NCBI GenBank assembly: GCA_016840405.1
Contig: JAEOSK010000001.1
Span: forward strand, 32,001 to 96,000
Direction: 5' to 3'
From: Candidatus Hermodarchaeum yapensis
GTDB lineage: Archaea > Asgardarchaeota > Hermodarchaeia > Hermodarchaeales > Hermodarchaeaceae
Length of the DNA: 64,000 nucleotides
Below the pieces are notes generated by a model that was not told the DNA's origin, did no database searches, and saw only the letters and a program-made list of their open reading frames with translations. Shown here in pieces: positions 1 to 9,065 of the stretch (position 1 is the first letter of the stretch; every line of letters begins with the position of its first letter). The position numbers and the translations under genes were made by a program.

Positions 1-805
1 GATAATCAATTATTCGAAAGATGTTGGGATCACGCATCACTGCATTTGGATGGGTCATATCAATTCTGAGGCGACACACTATCTCTCCTTCAGCGTAGTT
101 GCCATCAATAATTTTGTCCCAAATTTCAAGATTATCTTCACTCTTTGTTTGGCGATGTGAACATGCGGTTCCCGTGCGTCGACTTGCCTTAATATCGTCG
201 GCTTCGCATGAGCAGAAGTAGGCTTCGCCCCGATTTAGTAATTCACGGGCTTTTTCATAAAAATAAGGCAGGTCATCGGAAACCTTGAGCTCTTTATCCC
301 ATTCGATGTCCATCCATTGATAGCCATCTTTGAAGGCTTCGTAGTATTCTTCATGCACATTGCGTGGGTTTGTATCCTCAAATCGAAGAATTAACTGACC
401 CTTGTATTTTCGTGCATAATACCAGTTAATGAACCCTGCGTAAGCATGGCCGATATGGGGGTATCCACTGGGTTCTGGAGGGAGTCGAGTGACTACCTTC
501 CCCATCTTTGCTCCGACAAGTGATGGCAGTTTTTTTTCGTGGCTTTCCTTAGCCGATTCCAATAATTCCGGCGCAATTGATTGCAGCTCTTTAATCTGGT
601 CAGTAAGGGGTATTTGGTTTATTTCATCCACAACACGATTCACTAGACTGGTGAGATCCTTTGCCTTTGTTCTAAGCTCTGGACGTTCAGCCAATAACTT
701 ACCAATAACTGCACGGGCATTTGCCTTACCATCAAACTTTATGGCATTGGCTAAACTGAATTTGCGAATTGTCTGCTCGATGTTTGCGGCGTTAGTTTCA
801 ATCAA
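1..805 (-). CDS. gltX: Glutamyl-tRNA synthetase (archaeal type), 5' part; runs off the window start
   Basis: Not in the ORF track. Manual translation from TTG at 805 gives MIETNAANIEQTIRKFSLANAIKFDGKANARAVIGKLLAERPEL...VVTRLPPEPSGYPHIGHAYAG...LRFEDTNP (HIGH motif, archaeal GluRS N-terminus). Confidence 0.95.
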   Translation of the reverse strand, partial: MIETNAANIEQTIRKFSLANAIKFDGKANARAVIGKLLAERPELRTKAKDLTSLVNRVVDEINQIPLTDQIKELQSIAPELLESAKESHEKKLPSLVGAKMGKVVTRLPPEPSGYPHIGHAYAGFINWYYARKYKGQLILRFEDTNPRNVHEEYYEAFKDGYQWMDIEWDKELKVSDDLPYFYEKARELLNRGEAYFCSCEADDIKASRRTGTACSHRQTKSEDNLEIWDKIIDGNYAEGEIVCRLRIDMTHPNAVMRDPNIFRIIDY

Positions 806-863
806 CGAGAGCCCTACCCGGTTTTGGCTTAATGTTCAAGGCGTAGAGGTACACCAATACTTT

Positions 864-1463
864 TTACGATTTTGATGGGAGCGTATTTTCCTCCATTATT
901 TCATGTATTATCCGTGGATCTAATGTGCTAAGCCATGAAATATGCCCAACTGTATATTCATGACTGGTCCCTGCTTGGATAACCTCAATAGCGTCAGCTA
1001 CTTCTTTCAGTGTCGCTTCCGTTGTATCTATCTCAAAAACCTTATCCCGTTTGTGACGCAAGAGCGCTTGCATTGTACATTCACCCAGAATTTCAGCTTG
1101 AACGTTTTCCAGAATCTTACTCTGCGACCATTGACGATTACTGAGTCTCTGGGTAAGGGTGATGGGGTTACATCGAAGCACCACCAAGAATTCAAGTATT
1201 TTTTCGGGTACTTCGTCTGCAAAATGGCCCACGATAACATAGGTTTTCGGGAATTCGCGAATGAGATTAATAAGGTACTGTTGTAGCTTTTCTGTATCCG
1301 CGATGAGAGTCTCACGCTTTAGATCTTCACCAAGTAAGAGCTGTTGTTCCTTGGCAAGGTGACTTAATTCAATAAGTGTGGCATTTAAGCGTTTAACCAA
1401 TAGCTGACCTATACCCGTTTTTCCTGTTCCAGGAGTTCCTGAAATCGCTATTACCGAGGGCAC
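864..1463 (-). CDS. Archaeal adenylate kinase/NMP kinase, AK6/Fap7 family
   Basis: GTPGTGKT P-loop, VGH motif, VVLRC...L..RL..R.W...KI.ENV.AE signature. Confidence 0.9.
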   Translation of the reverse strand: MPSVIAISGTPGTGKTGIGQLLVKRLNATLIELSHLAKEQQLLLGEDLKRETLIADTEKLQQYLINLIREFPKTYVIVGHFADEVPEKILEFLVVLRCNPITLTQRLSNRQWSQSKILENVQAEILGECTMQALLRHKRDKVFEIDTTEATLKEVADAIEVIQAGTSHEYTVGHISWLSTLDPRIIHEIMEENTLPSKS

Positions 1464-1586
1464 AAACGCTCACCAAATGTTCTCATATCTTTGAACTGCT
1501 ATTGTGATACAGTTCAATCTCTAGTAGGCTACTTGATAAGAATAGTGCCTAGATGTGAAAAATCTGCTTTTAGAATTTTTCTAAAA

Positions 1587-1802
1587 CTATGTGAGCACGG
1601 TCAGCTCAAAATATTGTTGCCGCTTCTCTCGTTCATAATCTTCTAAAGCAGCTAATTCCCGTTGGAGACGAATACGATGGGGGCCAGTTGATGCAGCTAT
1701 TGCTTGACGTAGGAGGCGTTTTTCTCGTCGGATATCCCGGTGCGGTGGGTCTTCTCTGGACCCAGAACTACGTCGAATGGGTTCAATACAATCGGTGCTC
1801 AC
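1587..1802 (-). CDS. Small basic hypothetical protein
   Basis: 71-aa ORF filling the gap between co-oriented genes; no motif recognised. Confidence 0.45.
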   Translation of the reverse strand: MSTDCIEPIRRSSGSREDPPHRDIRREKRLLRQAIAASTGPHRIRLQRELAALEDYEREKRQQYFELTVLT

Positions 1803-1878
1803 GTATCTTACACCGACTAAAACCTCGAAAGCTACTATTTAAAGTCAGAGAGGGTTCCAGATAAGTGAAATAGACTTC

Positions 1879-2565
1879 CTAGTCCTCTTCTGTAACTTGA
1901 TATCTGGTTCCACCCACAAAACTCTTTTTTTGCGCCACCATTTTTTTCGCCATCAGCGAGTTCAAGGCTATTGTTACCCGTGCTTGTGACCATTGTGTCG
2001 TGAGCATAATTTGTTCCAAGGTAACCTTGCCTCCTTTCCTCGCTGCAATATCGAGAATCGTTGCGGCATCTTCACTGAGGAACTCATCATGCATCCGAAC
2101 CAATAACGTACCTTGAATTTCGCTAACCTGCACCATTTCGTCTTTTTCAAGTTGTTTGAGGGCTTTTTGAAATTCCTTATTGGAAAGCTGATTGAAACGA
2201 TCAGTTTCGTGTATTCGAGAGTACAGATCAGCAGCCGACATTGTACAATCTTGGATTCCACTCTTCCGTTCTTGGGCGAGTAAATGCACGATTTGTTCAG
2301 GGAGTGTTTGAGGTGTTTGAACTTCGATGTGGAACTCTTCCTTCAATTGCTGGAGACGTGAATCTGCATCAGAAAATAACGGTGTCTTTGAGGGGGCCTG
2401 GTCATTAATAGCTTCAAGTCGAGAACGTAGTTCAGTATCCTTGATCGGTTCACTCTCGGACGTTTTCTTTTTCAGACGCTTTGTATATCGCCGAAAGGCT
2501 TCGTCAAGCTCACTGTTATCATCTTGTTCAGAGGGCATAATTGTAGCATCCCATTGTCGGTTCAT
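1879..2565 (-). CDS. EAP30/Vps22-Vps36-like (ESCRT-II-type) tandem winged-helix protein
   Basis: C-terminal ...ADLYSRI...KALKQLEK...GTLLVRMHDEFLSEDAATILDIAARKGGKVTLEQIMLTTQWSQARVTIALNSL follows the Vps22 two-winged-helix pattern (L..D...L..A...G.VT......W...R....L..L). Confidence 0.7.
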   Translation of the reverse strand: MNRQWDATIMPSEQDDNSELDEAFRRYTKRLKKKTSESEPIKDTELRSRLEAINDQAPSKTPLFSDADSRLQQLKEEFHIEVQTPQTLPEQIVHLLAQERKSGIQDCTMSAADLYSRIHETDRFNQLSNKEFQKALKQLEKDEMVQVSEIQGTLLVRMHDEFLSEDAATILDIAARKGGKVTLEQIMLTTQWSQARVTIALNSLMAKKMVAQKKSFVGGTRYQVTEED

Positions 2566-2624
2566 TTAATCTAAGAAGTGTCGCACTTTTAAAGCCTCGG
2601 AGCTGCTCTTATCTTTAAGATGGG

Positions 2625-3062
2625 GTGGCAGGTTTGATTGAGAAATGCCCAATGCTCCTGTCAACAAATGTGGGTTCACAACATCTACGGAAATCAGACA
2701 AATTCCTGCTTGTCGGTTCATGTGTCCTCAATGAGCATCCCGAACTCTTCAAACGATATGCGCAAAATCGTGTTTGCCTCCAAGTGTGCCTTGAAACCTT
2801 CCACATGAATATGGCTGAAACCAAACTAGCTTGTATGATACACGTTCACAAACCCACTGAATTACTTGTTCTTACTGTAGACGGGTCACCCCATTGTCTT
2901 CAACTTCACATCCTCGCCGAGGACATGAACCGCTACTTCAACCACGAACTAAAAATTGAGCACATAGTAATCGAACAGGGAATACCCCATACTATTGAGA
3001 GTAATGCTGTGAAGACAGCCCGACATCTACACAAAATTCAACGTCTTTTAAATCCAGGTTAG
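2625..3062 (+). CDS. Conserved archaeal Cys-rich, probably Fe-S-binding protein
   Basis: Scattered Cys with GSCV, VCLE and TVDGSPHC motifs. Confidence 0.6.
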   Translation: MAGLIEKCPMLLSTNVGSQHLRKSDKFLLVGSCVLNEHPELFKRYAQNRVCLQVCLETFHMNMAETKLACMIHVHKPTELLVLTVDGSPHCLQLHILAEDMNRYFNHELKIEHIVIEQGIPHTIESNAVKTARHLHKIQRLLNPG

Positions 3063-4442
3063 TCGTCGGATTCTGACAGTTTCTAGTGGCACCTGAAAAG
3101 GTGTTCCAAGTTGGGTCGAATCAGAAGAAACTAATGGGTACTGAACAGAAGTACTTGTTTCTTTCAACTCAAAATATGAATTTTGAAAGACATGGTGCTT
3201 ACTTGGTGTCTTTGGCATATACAGCGAAATCGCAGGCCCTGGACCTGGTGTGGAATTTACTTCAACCCAAACTTGTGGGAAAGAAAAGTAAAGATTCGTA
3301 ACATTAAGCCAAACATCCTCATCGCGGTCTGTGTGAACAGAAATATCCGAAAACGGATAATACAAGGGTTGCGGATCGTTTCGCAATGTTTCGCCTGATT
3401 GTAAGAAATATTCATTCCCAGGCGTAGTAAGATCAAGAAGAATAAATGATGAATTCGTGAAGGCTGTGACATTCAAATCAAAGATGTATCCATAGAAGTT
3501 GTCTTGTGACAACGAGATATCAAAGGGATCTTCGTTAAATTCAATATGGGTCGCATTATCGATGACATTGGGATAGGGGAGGGTTAAGTTAGCAGTTCGG
3601 CTACCAATTCGCTCCACATTAGCCAAGGTAATATTCGCCAATAGGGTGGATTCATTGTAGACCTGTTTAGGGAAGACAAGGCGGACTTTCCCATAATTGT
3701 AAACATTAGTACCGTCGGGGGGATTGTGGAAGGTTATGTTGCAGTGGACTATTGTTGGAGTATTGTAGATGAGCGTGCCGTTTTCTGGTGTGATTGAGAA
3801 GGTAAAATTGAACAGACTAGACATGTCATCTTGGGCGAGGAAGCGGTTCTGGCTACTGTTAAGGAAGTAGTCCCAGAAAACCGCCCAGTGTCCTTTCATT
3901 TCCTCATGTCCTATGGTTCTGGTCCCGTTATCCTCAAGGAGGAAGGTAGGATATATGTCATTCAAAATATATTCATAACTATCCGATTCAACATTTGGCA
4001 CAATATTGTACGCGTTGCCAAAATAATCATAGTAAACACTCAAATCAGGAAAGGTGAAGTTCACCTGAGATTCTCCAAAGTCACGGGTTATGGTGAGATT
4101 TAGAGGCATTTCTCCAAGTTGTGTACCTGCACCATAGCGGCCATGCATATACAGCACATTTACAGAACCGTTTTCACCGATGTAGACGTAAAAGGTGTCC
4201 TCTTGGAGAATATGAACCGTACCTAATTCTGGTTCAGGTGGTTCAGGTGGTACTCGCGGTATGAGAATCCACGCGGCTACGATAATTACAATGAGAAGGC
4301 TGACCACAAGGCCATAAGTCACACTTCTTGGTGTACGGCGAACGCGATATCGTTCTCGGCGTTCCCGCTTCCGCTGGAGTTTTTCTGGAATACGTTCCAG
4401 TCGTTTCTCCTTGCGTTTTTTCTCCTTGCGTCGTCGTGACAC
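3048..4442 (-). CDS. Type II membrane-anchored extracellular (glyco)protein
   Basis: Very basic N-terminus, one TM helix, Pro linker, beta-rich body with more than a dozen N-x-S/T sequons. Confidence 0.75.
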   Translation of the reverse strand: MSRRRKEKKRKEKRLERIPEKLQRKRERRERYRVRRTPRSVTYGLVVSLLIVIIVAAWILIPRVPPEPPEPELGTVHILQEDTFYVYIGENGSVNVLYMHGRYGAGTQLGEMPLNLTITRDFGESQVNFTFPDLSVYYDYFGNAYNIVPNVESDSYEYILNDIYPTFLLEDNGTRTIGHEEMKGHWAVFWDYFLNSSQNRFLAQDDMSSLFNFTFSITPENGTLIYNTPTIVHCNITFHNPPDGTNVYNYGKVRLVFPKQVYNESTLLANITLANVERIGSRTANLTLPYPNVIDNATHIEFNEDPFDISLSQDNFYGYIFDLNVTAFTNSSFILLDLTTPGNEYFLQSGETLRNDPQPLYYPFSDISVHTDRDEDVWLNVTNLYFSFPQVWVEVNSTPGPGPAISLYMPKTPSKHHVFQNSYFELKETSTSVQYPLVSSDSTQLGTPFQVPLETVRIRRLTWI

Positions 4443-4630
4443 CGCGAACTTCCTGCCGCGCTAGGCGCATCGTCGATAATGCTTCCCGTATTTCAACCTT
4501 ACGGCTTGGGAAATCAACAACCTGGTTGTTCGGAAAAATTCTCTTCCCGTTCCTTTCATCAGAAACTTTAAATGATTCATAGTGAACTGAGGTCGCGCCA
4601 TCCAAGATTATGATTAAGCTGTCTTGAGGT

Positions 4631-5023
4631 GTGGTGGTTCAAATGTCAAAGAAAAAAGCTCCCGAAGAAAAGGTTCCTAAAGATGAGGCTCCCGAAGAAG
4701 CTGAACCTCAAGAATCGATAGAAGAAGAACCCGTCGTTGAGGTTCCTGAAGAAGTAGTTACTGACGTTGATGAGGAACCCGAAGAAGAAGAGAAGCCCAA
4801 ACGCAAGACAACAAAGAAGACGCGGGCAAAATTAACAGTGCTTCAAGCCGCAATTTTTGAAACGATTCGGGAACGCCCACAGCGACCTCGAGCCATCCAA
4901 ACAATCATCCGTAGTGCTGGTGGAGTAGATATTCCCCGCAATGAAATAATTCGATCTCTCAATGAACTACGGGATAAAGGGCTTGTTGATAAAGTGACAG
5001 CTAAAGCTTGGCAAGCGAAATAG
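4631..5023 (+). CDS. Acidic/basic disordered N-terminus plus C-terminal winged helix
   Basis: E/P-rich tail, then LTVLQAAIFETIRE...RNEIIRSLNELRDKGLVDKV wHTH pattern. Confidence 0.7.
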   Translation: MVVQMSKKKAPEEKVPKDEAPEEAEPQESIEEEPVVEVPEEVVTDVDEEPEEEEKPKRKTTKKTRAKLTVLQAAIFETIRERPQRPRAIQTIIRSAGGVDIPRNEIIRSLNELRDKGLVDKVTAKAWQAK

Positions 5024-5039
5024 AACACCACGCGTTCCT

Positions 5040-6572
5040 TTATTTTCGCCCTTTTAGTTCGGCAAGCGCGCGTTCAGCAATGTTCATTGCTTTTTGATAT
5101 TTCTTCTCCGTTTTCTCTAATTCGGTCTGCAATTCACGAACCCGAACAGCTAGTTTATTATTTTCTCCTCGAAGTTCTCGGAGTTTTTGTTCAGTTGCTT
5201 GGAGTTCTGAACGTAAGGTATGGACTTGTTGTGGCGCTTGTCCTTCAGAGGCATCGGCTGTTAGGTGTTTGAACCGCTCTACTGCTGCTTTAATGCGTCC
5301 AGCAAAATCAGTTCGCAGGCGAATGCGTCGTTTCTCTAGCTCCTCTAATGTCTGACGTTCTGCAAAATCAAGAGGATTAAAACCGGTAGCGCCATGTGTA
5401 GTCTCACGGATGCGAACATCAAGGAAAAGAGGTACCTCAACAGCATCTCCTGCTACAACTGCTTGTCCAGTATCAAGGCGTTGTATGTCTTCAACCCAGT
5501 CTTTGGAGAGCCCCTCTGTGCTAGAGACTGTAATATCAACATCGCGGACATCAGTGAGTTGGTGAATAATCCACGTTCCCACCTGACTCCGTACAGTCGT
5601 GTCAAGCAATTGCGGTTTTTGTGTGATTACTACTAAATTGGCAGCGAATTTTCTCCCTTCTTGGGCTATTAGTCGCATCATCCCCGTTGTTGCGGCTTTT
5701 CCGCGATTTGGCGCTAAAAGATGGGCTTCATCGACAAAACAATAAAAGGGCGGAATTTCGCGGTTCACAGCTGCTTGATAGAGGTTATTCAAAATTTCTT
5801 GTGATAATGCTTCTTGTATTCCTAAGTCTAATCCTCGGAAGTTGATGATTGTTCCTTGGCCCGACACAATGAGGTCTTTCGGATGTGTTCCGAGGATTGC
5901 TTCGATTGGAAGATCAGCCCCTGGATTAGCATGCAAATCTGCAAACTCTATCACACTCAATTCGAAACTCCGTGGCTTCACACCGAACCTTTCATTGCCT
6001 TCCTCGGCTGGAATTTTTAGACTTGAATATTCTCCATGGCGATCTAAGACTACAATTGGAATACCTTTCTTCAGAAATTCTTCCATGATGACTGCAGTTG
6101 TGTAGCTCTTACCGCTTCCCGTTTTTCCAACAATAAATAAACGTCCTAAACGTTTCACGGGGAGACGAACTGGCACTGTATGGGCAGATAGGTGACCAAC
6201 ATACGCTGATTCTTCCTCTGAAATGTCAATGCCTATTGCCGTGCTCACAATCCGCGGGGTCGCTTTGTAGATCCTCATCTCAGGATTAAACGGTGTTCGT
6301 GGCATTGGACCTACAACGCTACACTGTCCAATCGTTTTTCCCTTCTCTCTCCAAAGTTCTTTACAAAGGAGCAGATATTCTTCGCCCTGATGAGTTATGG
6401 AAAGAAAGTCGTTTCGACCTACATCTCCCTGTTTTGTTACTTGTATCCGAAGTGTGTGAGTAGTTGTTTTTCCAATAATTGCAGCAACTGGTTCTATCTC
6501 TTCAGAATCCGGAGGGACTGCTATTGACTCTTCATCGTTCTCCGATGGTTCATTAGGTGGTTCTGAAGGCAT
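5040..6572 (-). CDS. HerA/FtsK-family (DUF87) ATPase with HAS-barrel and C-terminal coiled coil
   Basis: GKTGSGKS Walker A, LDRHGEY, FVDEAH Walker B, EGRKF, ITQKP; ATG at 6572 preceded by GAGGTA. Confidence 0.9.
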   Translation of the reverse strand: MPSEPPNEPSENDEESIAVPPDSEEIEPVAAIIGKTTTHTLRIQVTKQGDVGRNDFLSITHQGEEYLLLCKELWREKGKTIGQCSVVGPMPRTPFNPEMRIYKATPRIVSTAIGIDISEEESAYVGHLSAHTVPVRLPVKRLGRLFIVGKTGSGKSYTTAVIMEEFLKKGIPIVVLDRHGEYSSLKIPAEEGNERFGVKPRSFELSVIEFADLHANPGADLPIEAILGTHPKDLIVSGQGTIINFRGLDLGIQEALSQEILNNLYQAAVNREIPPFYCFVDEAHLLAPNRGKAATTGMMRLIAQEGRKFAANLVVITQKPQLLDTTVRSQVGTWIIHQLTDVRDVDITVSSTEGLSKDWVEDIQRLDTGQAVVAGDAVEVPLFLDVRIRETTHGATGFNPLDFAERQTLEELEKRRIRLRTDFAGRIKAAVERFKHLTADASEGQAPQQVHTLRSELQATEQKLRELRGENNKLAVRVRELQTELEKTEKKYQKAMNIAERALAELKGRK

Positions 6573-6793
6573 GGCGATTACCTCATGTGTGTAAAGGCTT
6601 TGAAAGCACACCCTTATAGACTTCGTGGGTTCTCATAGCGATTCTCTTTTTTGACGATTTTCTCGCACAAAGACCGAATCAAATTTGAAGAAACCAACTA
6701 GAATAGTACAAACCCTACGTGAATGTGTTCAATCCAATAAAGCAACAGAACACTTTTTTCCTCTTTTACATAGTTTGATAGGAGGGTTTCATC

Positions 6794-7429
6794 GTGTCAA
6801 CAGAGATTCCAATCGGGGAACTATCACCTAGTCTTGCCTTCGGTGCTGCTTATTTTTGCATTTCCTCAATAGGCACAAGGCTCAACCATATCGCTGAAAC
6901 TTACACCGGAGAAGGGTTCTTTGGTACCGCAACGGTTTCCTTTCGGATGCCGAATACGGATCAGCGTCTGGAAGCCACACTTTTGGTTGATTCAAAAGAA
7001 CCTGTGGTTAATCTTGAAATTTCTGGTGCTGACGAAGAAAAACTCCCTGGATACCTCAACGAAATTTCACAACGAATCACTGAGACAATAGAACGGTTTA
7101 GCATTGTCCCGGGCGTCAAACTCTCTCATGCCTCAAAAGCCGTTGTTGTAGAACGTAAAATTGACGAGGCACTTCACCAACTCCTCACTGATCCTGATTA
7201 TCAAAAAGTATACGTCAAAGTTGCTGATGCTCGTGAACGCCTAATTCGGATTGGTGGTGACTTTCAGCCGGCTACTCTGGAAATGGGCGCTATCCTCGAA
7301 CCTCTCGCTGGAAAATCTGGACCCATCCCGTCTGAGGAACATGAAGAGCTGGCACTAAACCTCCTTCGCTGGAAAAAGGAAATAAAGAAAGTCATCAACC
7401 AGCTGACGACTGAAACTGACGAAGAATAA
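6794..7429 (+). CDS. Hypothetical protein (alpha/beta N-domain plus helical C-domain)
   Basis: 211-aa ORF with GGAGG upstream. Confidence 0.75.
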   Translation: MSTEIPIGELSPSLAFGAAYFCISSIGTRLNHIAETYTGEGFFGTATVSFRMPNTDQRLEATLLVDSKEPVVNLEISGADEEKLPGYLNEISQRITETIERFSIVPGVKLSHASKAVVVERKIDEALHQLLTDPDYQKVYVKVADARERLIRIGGDFQPATLEMGAILEPLAGKSGPIPSEEHEELALNLLRWKKEIKKVINQLTTETDEE

Positions 7430-7441
7430 TTTCTCACGCCG

Positions 7442-7666
7442 TCAGGTGCTATACCGCCACTTATCGATTTTCTTATCCTTCTTGGTTTGCTTCTTGAAGA
7501 GTTTATAGTGTTTCTGGCACAAATACGCACGCCGAGATCGTTCATCTTGAAAGACAACACCCTCCGATTGAAGGGCTTCCCTAACCTTAGTTAGGGCAAA
7601 AGAACGCATGGCTTTTTCATTGCATCCATCCACACTACACTCGGATCCTTGCTTCACTTTACCCAT
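7442..7666 (-). CDS. Small conserved archaeal Zn-finger protein
   Basis: CSVDGC...YLCQKHY, basic C-terminus; GGAG upstream. Confidence 0.75.
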   Translation of the reverse strand: MGKVKQGSECSVDGCNEKAMRSFALTKVREALQSEGVVFQDERSRRAYLCQKHYKLFKKQTKKDKKIDKWRYST

Positions 7667-7686
7667 CTAGTCACACTCCACAAAGA

Positions 7687-8805
7687 CTAACTATAATCCA
7701 CCTTCACTGCATCATAACCGCACTTTGCCACACAATCCAGGCACATTATACAGTCGCGGTGATAGAGTTTTCCAGGGGGTTGGGCTATGACATCAATGCC
7801 AACCGGACAGGCCTTAGTGCATCGTTGTTCTTCACAACGACCATGGAGGCATTCAGTGGCACTCCGAGAAACGGTGAGAAAGCTAAATTGACTGACTAGA
7901 CCCATCAAGGTGCCGACAGGACAAATCCAGCGACAATAAGCACGAGTGTAGAAGAGAGCAGCTACAAGGACGATTAAGAGGAAGATGAGACGAATCCACA
8001 TGATGGGAGCCCAACTAAGAGGTGATGGGTTCCATTGAGTGATGATTGGAGAGATGACGCCATTTAGCCAAAGGTAAGGAACGATGACAAAGAATGTACC
8101 CGAAGGACTGATAACTGACCACCAGGCCGTGGCAAAGCCTCCAGCGCTATTCAGTGAGTAGACGAGGCCTGCTTCAATACCGAGAAAGGTCGACAAACCT
8201 ACCCATAAGACGAAGAACAAGGTGGTGAAGAGGAAAATGTATTTAATCCAAGAGAGGAGGCGATTTGTTTGCTTTGAGACTGTGCGAGTACGGATTGGGG
8301 TGAGAGAGCAAAGATCCTGGATGAAGCCAAAAGGGCAAACCCATCCACAAAAACTACGTCCAATCAAAATAGGGATGATTAGTACTGCGCCTAGGGCGAT
8401 GAAGGGAAACATGCCTGCCTGTCCTATTAGTTGGATGATATCAAAGAAACCTGTAGCTGTTCCTTGGGCAATGCCATGTGGCATGTCAAAGACAACCGGA
8501 ATATACCCAAAGATTGGAATAAGGAATGCTAAACCTGCAAATAATCCTGATTCAAGTAAGGGATCGTAACCCAAAACGTAGGTTATTCCTGCGTAGAATA
8601 ACAGGAGGAAAACGATAAGCTGGAAGATGAATCGGATGATTCGGATGGCGAGTATTTCCTCAAAGGCTTTTTTCACCCAGTAATGTAAGGTTTTGTGAGG
8701 ACGAGTTCTTTCTAAAATTGACTGCTTCCAACGGGCAAATCGGCTTCCCAACCGGTCCCTACTCCGTTCCTGCTTCTCTGGTGATTCTGTGTCAGTTTCG
8801 CTCAC
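7687..8805 (-). CDS. Membrane 4Fe-4S binding protein (NapH/MauN-like polyferredoxin)
   Basis: GRSFCGWVCPFG and YCRWICPVG motifs, multiple TMs, C-terminal CIMCLDCVAKC. Confidence 0.9.
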   Translation of the reverse strand: MSETDTESPEKQERSRDRLGSRFARWKQSILERTRPHKTLHYWVKKAFEEILAIRIIRFIFQLIVFLLLFYAGITYVLGYDPLLESGLFAGLAFLIPIFGYIPVVFDMPHGIAQGTATGFFDIIQLIGQAGMFPFIALGAVLIIPILIGRSFCGWVCPFGFIQDLCSLTPIRTRTVSKQTNRLLSWIKYIFLFTTLFFVLWVGLSTFLGIEAGLVYSLNSAGGFATAWWSVISPSGTFFVIVPYLWLNGVISPIITQWNPSPLSWAPIMWIRLIFLLIVLVAALFYTRAYCRWICPVGTLMGLVSQFSFLTVSRSATECLHGRCEEQRCTKACPVGIDVIAQPPGKLYHRDCIMCLDCVAKCGYDAVKVDYS

Positions 8806-8817
8806 TATGCGAACCCC

Positions 8818-8970
8818 TTATGGTATTGGTTGTGGAAAGCCAATGGCATACGCGTCAGAGAAATATTGGAGCCATGAGCGAACCAGCTCATGTTGCCCTA
8901 TTGCAAGTCCAAAGGCAAAGGCAGAAATTCCCAAACAGAGAAGGGCAATGGCAATGACTCGTCGGTTCAT
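8818..8970 (-). CDS. 50-aa single-TM small protein upstream of the polyferredoxin (absent from ORF track)
   Basis: MNRRVIAIALLCLGISAFAFGLAIGQHELVRSWLQYFSDAYAIGFPQPIP*; GGAGG RBS upstream; stop 12 nt before the next start. Confidence 0.75.
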   Translation of the reverse strand: MNRRVIAIALLCLGISAFAFGLAIGQHELVRSWLQYFSDAYAIGFPQPIP

Positions 8971-9065
8971 ACTTACGCTACCTCCAGTGAGACGTTCAGA
9001 ACTGCACTAGCGTTTAAAATGTTTTGTGTTAGGACGAGCTTTGCCTTATCTTAGTGAAAAATGAG

